NCBI GenBank assembly: GCA_900321255.1
Contig: ONVK01000030.1
Location: forward strand, 848-64,847
From: an uncultured Lentisphaerota bacterium
Lineage (GTDB): Bacteria > Verrucomicrobiota > Kiritimatiellia > RFP12 > UBA1067
Direction: 5' to 3'
DNA: 64,000 bases
Shown: positions 60,734 to 64,000 of the stretch, one piece after another
Layout: each line of letters opens with the position of its first letter
Position numbering within the stretch: position 1 is the stretch's first letter
Position numbers and translations under genes: made by a program
The notes under the pieces: model-generated
The model's input: only the letters and a program-made list of their open reading frames with translations
What the model was told of the DNA's origin: nothing
Databases searched by the model: none

Positions 60734-62623
60734 TCAATGATGCGACTTGTACCAGTCGGAAGCGATGTCGGCCTTGCCGTTCGAATAGCGGTAGACGCGC
60801 TGGATGGCATAGCCGCCGCCAGAGCCCTTCCCGGTCTTGATGGCGTGGCCCTGGCCGTTGACGATTGCGTTGATGCCGACGAGCGGACCGTCTCCGTTCG
60901 CGATCTCGACGGTGCAGGCGTTCTCGATCACGACGCCGGGCGAATCGGGAACCTCGACCGCATCGTCGAGGAAGACGCTGTTCCCGTTAGTGTTGATGAA
61001 AACGTCGTAGACACCTAAGCCCACGGCATAGTGGCGCTTCACTCCGTCCGAGACCTTGTAGGCCGCATATCCCTTCTTCTTCCCACCGTGCGACATCCAC
61101 GTCGCGTTGCCCGGCGGATCGTAGCATTTCTCGTTCTGAAGGAAGAAAACTTTGCCGTCCTCGCCGTTCCAGAGGACGTCATGCTCCTGGAAGTGCTCGA
61201 CGAAAAGCCCGTAGCATGACACGCCGTCGCCGTTCACGACAATCCCGTTTTTCGACGTGTTGGCCGTCCAGCCGGTGTGGTCTCCGTGATCGGCGCGCCA
61301 TATCCACGTGTGGTCAACGACGACGTCGTTCGCATTGACCTCGAGGCAGACATCCGTCTTGCCTGGTTTGCCAGTCCCGCCTACGCGGTAGACGAGATCG
61401 ACGAGGAAGATCGGATCGTCGACATGACGCCGTTCGGACTTCTTCACCCCAACGACGACAAAGCGCTTCGACGCACGCTCCGCATCGAAGATGAGCCCCG
61501 CGATCACGATTCCGTCAGCGTCCGCGCATTTAAGCGCCGCATCGCCGTTCTCCGGAACTATCGTCGCCTCGCCAATGCCAAGGACGATTGTGCCTGGCTT
61601 CGCCACCTTTATCGGCTCGTCGACATGATAGACGCCGGGCGTGAAGAGGACGTTCTTTCCTGCGGCAAGCGCGGCGTTTATCGTCTTCGCCGTGTCCTTG
61701 CCTTCCTTCGCCACATGGAAGTCTCGCGCAAGGTCAAGTATCTTCCCCTCGCCCATTCCGCCGTTGGCGCGTCCTTCGCCCCAGCTCACGCCCTTCGCTC
61801 CGCGGCGAATCGCCGGCACGAACACCTTGAACTTCCCGCCGTCGACAAACAGAAATGGCTTCTCGCGGGCAATCTCCGTCTCGTCGACGATGGTCGTGCA
61901 GCCGCCCGCGCGCCAGTTGGACGAGACGCCCTTCACGGACGTCGGCGCACACTTGGCGAGGAGCTTGCCGCCGTCCTTGCTCTTCGCGGCGAAATCGCCC
62001 GCACAACCGACGACGACCTGGTTCCAGTTGATGCCGTATATCCCGCCGCCGAACATGTTGTTGCGGTAGAAGTACTGCTGCTGCGAGTAGGAACCCGCCG
62101 GCTTCTCGAACACGCAGTCCGCTACGAACCCGCCGGAAGCCCAGCCGTAGAACCAGTCAAATACGGCCTTGCGCGAGACGTAGAGGCGCCGCGCGGGAGC
62201 CGCCTGCGAAACCGCCCACTGGAAGTTGAAGTACGGATCGGCGTTGTTGTCGGTGTCTGCAATAGAGACGTTCTCGATCCCCACCCAGAAGTTGCACGTC
62301 GCGTTGTTCTTGTCGAGCGCGGCAGGCGTCTTGACGTTGGCGAGCTTCACCTCGTCTGGCGTACGCCCGAGCCCGAGAACCTGGGTGTAGTAGCCGACGT
62401 TGAGCGTGCCCGCCTTCGTGTAGTCGCCGGGAAGGAAGAGGAACGCCTGTCGCTCAGGCCCGAACTGGCGGTGACGCTGTCGCTTAAAGACCGTCTCGAC
62501 CGTCTCGGCGACTTTCTTCATGTCGTCGTCCGGGGAGAAGACGTGCACATTCGGCCCCAGCGCGGAAGTCTGCGACGGAGTTGCCGCGAGTGCGGCGGAA
62601 AAAAGCAGCATGGCAGTTGTCAT
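60734..62623 (-). CDS. secreted right-handed beta-helix protein, pectate-lyase-superfamily / GH55-like glycoside hydrolase
   Basis: Signal peptide. ATCNFWVGIENVSI resembles the NFxRxxxNxxID motif of pectate_lyase_3/GH55 proteins, and there are two beta-helix-like halves. The family assignment is tentative. Confidence 0.5.
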   Translation of the reverse strand: MTTAMLLFSAALAATPSQTSALGPNVHVFSPDDDMKKVAETVETVFKRQRHRQFGPERQAFLFLPGDYTKAGTLNVGYYTQVLGLGRTPDEVKLANVKTPAALDKNNATCNFWVGIENVSIADTDNNADPYFNFQWAVSQAAPARRLYVSRKAVFDWFYGWASGGFVADCVFEKPAGSYSQQQYFYRNNMFGGGIYGINWNQVVVGCAGDFAAKSKDGGKLLAKCAPTSVKGVSSNWRAGGCTTIVDETEIAREKPFLFVDGGKFKVFVPAIRRGAKGVSWGEGRANGGMGEGKILDLARDFHVAKEGKDTAKTINAALAAGKNVLFTPGVYHVDEPIKVAKPGTIVLGIGEATIVPENGDAALKCADADGIVIAGLIFDAERASKRFVVVGVKKSERRHVDDPIFLVDLVYRVGGTGKPGKTDVCLEVNANDVVVDHTWIWRADHGDHTGWTANTSKNGIVVNGDGVSCYGLFVEHFQEHDVLWNGEDGKVFFLQNEKCYDPPGNATWMSHGGKKKGYAAYKVSDGVKRHYAVGLGVYDVFINTNGNSVFLDDAVEVPDSPGVVIENACTVEIANGDGPLVGINAIVNGQGHAIKTGKGSGGGYAIQRVYRYSNGKADIASDWYKSHH

Positions 62624-64000
62624 TTTTTGTCAGGTTTGTCTTGCGAGCCGTATACGGAAAGGGAAAAGAGGGAAATGCCGTAGCCCGTGTTGCGGCGGAG
62701 TCCCTTGACGCGGAGCTTCCTCGCGGCGGAGGGCTTAAGCTCGACGGTCTCGGTTCCGCCCTTCCCTCCACGCACACTTGCAGCCGTCGTCCACGTTTCG
62801 CCGTCTGCGCTCACCGCTATGTCGTAGTCGGTTGCACGGGCGTTCTCCCATACGAGAACCGCACGCGTCACCGTGTAGACATCGCCGAGATCTACCTCGA
62901 TCCACTCGCCGTCCTTGTGCGCGCTTCCCCAGCGCGTCTTGGGATCTCCGTCGACTGCGTTTTCCGCGCCAAGCCCCGCGTTCTCCTGTGACGACGCTCT
63001 TGCGGCGCGGCCTCTCGCGAGATCGATCTCGGAAAGTGGCTTGGCCGAGACGTGCATCGTCGCCTCTTTCCCGCCAAGCGAAATCGTAAGCTCACCCTCG
63101 CCTGCGGCATCCGCAAAAAGGAGCCCGCCCTTCTTCAGCGAACAGAACGCGGGCATGCGAACGAGCTTCACGCCCTTAACCGGCATAGCGCCGCCGAACT
63201 GGTCTTTTGCGGACGGAGTCAGCTTGAAGCTGTGTCCGACGGCAAGCTCGATAGACTTGGGCCCAAGAGAGAACGACACGACCTCAAGCTTCTCCTCGGT
63301 CACTGGAGCGGAGACGATCTTCTTCGGAATGGCTGCCGCGTCCCATGCCGGAAGCGACAGAACCGCCTGGCGTGCGCGGCCGCTTACGGAAAGCACTCCA
63401 GGCGCGGCGTCAAGCGTGAACAGCGTCGCGCCCTTCCCGTCGAAGAATCTTACCTTGCGCGGCGCCTTCCCGGCGTTCCACGCCATGTACGTGCGCTTGC
63501 CGTCCTTCACGAAAGCGCGCGCAGCCGGGAAGTCGGCGCGAACGGAGAAGTCGAGCTCGCCCCACGAGAGGTGGCTGTGCGTAGCCCAGTAGGTGAGATG
63601 TCCCGTGTCGGCGTTCTTCACGACGCCGCGCCCTTCGCGCTCGAGCCTGTCGAATATCGCCGCGGCCTGCTCGGGATCGCTGCGCTGGAGATAGCTGAGC
63701 ACGACGTTTCCTAAAGAGGCGTTGCCGAGCTCTCCGTCCCAGCCGGACACGTGCTTCGAGCCCCACATCGTGTCGTAGTCCCATTTCGCGAACTTGAGGT
63801 CTTCGCTCAGGTAGTCGAGCGCGGGGGAGTTGGGAAGCCACTGTATCGAATGCATCCACACGGGGTCGCCGCTGAAGTATGTCCACCAGCCGACGCCATG
63901 GCATGTGAGGTTGGAGTTGTAGGGCTTCGTGTACTTCGTATAGTCGATGTTCTTCCTGTCGCGGTCGAACCAGTATTCCGCCGTACCGCGCGCCTCGCTT
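62620..64000 (-). CDS. secreted glycoside-hydrolase-like protein with a C-terminal F5/8 type C (discoidin/CBM32) domain; N-terminus beyond the window
   Basis: The frame stays open upstream of the listed GTG (..YTKPYNSNLTCHGVGWWTYFSGDPVWMHSIQWLP..) to position 64000. The C-terminus NAVDGDPKTRWGS...WIEVDLG...DYDIAVSADGETW is a discoidin domain. The catalytic part is possibly GH81-like (low confidence). Confidence 0.6.
   Translation of the reverse strand, partial: SEARGTAEYWFDRDRKNIDYTKYTKPYNSNLTCHGVGWWTYFSGDPVWMHSIQWLPNSPALDYLSEDLKFAKWDYDTMWGSKHVSGWDGELGNASLGNVVLSYLQRSDPEQAAAIFDRLEREGRGVVKNADTGHLTYWATHSHLSWGELDFSVRADFPAARAFVKDGKRTYMAWNAGKAPRKVRFFDGKGATLFTLDAAPGVLSVSGRARQAVLSLPAWDAAAIPKKIVSAPVTEEKLEVVSFSLGPKSIELAVGHSFKLTPSAKDQFGGAMPVKGVKLVRMPAFCSLKKGGLLFADAAGEGELTISLGGKEATMHVSAKPLSEIDLARGRAARASSQENAGLGAENAVDGDPKTRWGSAHKDGEWIEVDLGDVYTVTRAVLVWENARATDYDIAVSADGETWTTAASVRGGKGGTETVELKPSAARKLRVKGLRRNTGYGISLFSLSVYGSQDKPDKK

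Overview
High-GC (by eye >60% G+C) Gram-negative chromosomal segment. It is transcribed almost entirely from the minus strand in long, tightly packed arrays, many with 4-nt ATGA start/stop overlaps. The pilin and secretion genes hint at a PVC-type bacterium (Kiritimatiellota, Lentisphaerota or Verrucomicrobiota), but the taxon cannot be established from this sequence. No rRNA, tRNA, CRISPR array, transposase or integrase was seen.

Content, left to right:
- A nucleobase-salvage cluster (UraA-type permease, apt, AzgA-type permease, upp).
- A partner-switching signalling array: STAS protein, two membrane Cache-PP2C sensors each paired with a solute-binding lipoprotein, and a MATE transporter carrying an RsbW-like tail.
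- pilD, gpsA and an ABC-2 exporter.
- A lower-GC island: GT2, methyltransferase, two large GT-C-like membrane proteins and a type IV pilin.
- A sigma-54 enhancer-binding response regulator divergent from a pilMNOPQ-like operon, then rpoN, a GspE/PilB ATPase, an epimerase and secG.
- A frameshifted two-component system, an M20 peptidase, a kinase/PP2C/kinase trio, der and a GT4.
- An ~800-bp gene-free, highly structured region.
- corA, pheS, an HTH-cupin-acyl-CoA synthetase fusion, an orphan response regulator, an HNH nuclease and an acyl-CoA dehydrogenase with etfBA.
- nhaC, a GDPD, a disrupted ABC-F gene, apbE, an MBL hydrolase, purD and two secreted glycoside-hydrolase-like genes.

Most notable observations:
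- (i) One ~80-aa N-terminal module is shared by three consecutive nucleobase-salvage proteins.
- (ii) The partner-switching set has no sigma factor, and a MATE transporter carries a degenerate RsbW-like domain.
- (iii) A family of tandem heptanucleotide repeats occurs in intergenic regions and, in frame, inside a gene.
- (iv) Two perfect sigma-54 promoters flank the pilus regulator, with rpoN embedded in the same cluster.
- (v) TGGTATAAT-type -10 boxes recur, several only 6-8 nt from the start codon, implying leaderless mRNAs.
- (vi) Two strongly structured RNA-like elements lie in the gene-free region.

All calls rest on reading the translations and DNA by eye; no database search was run.
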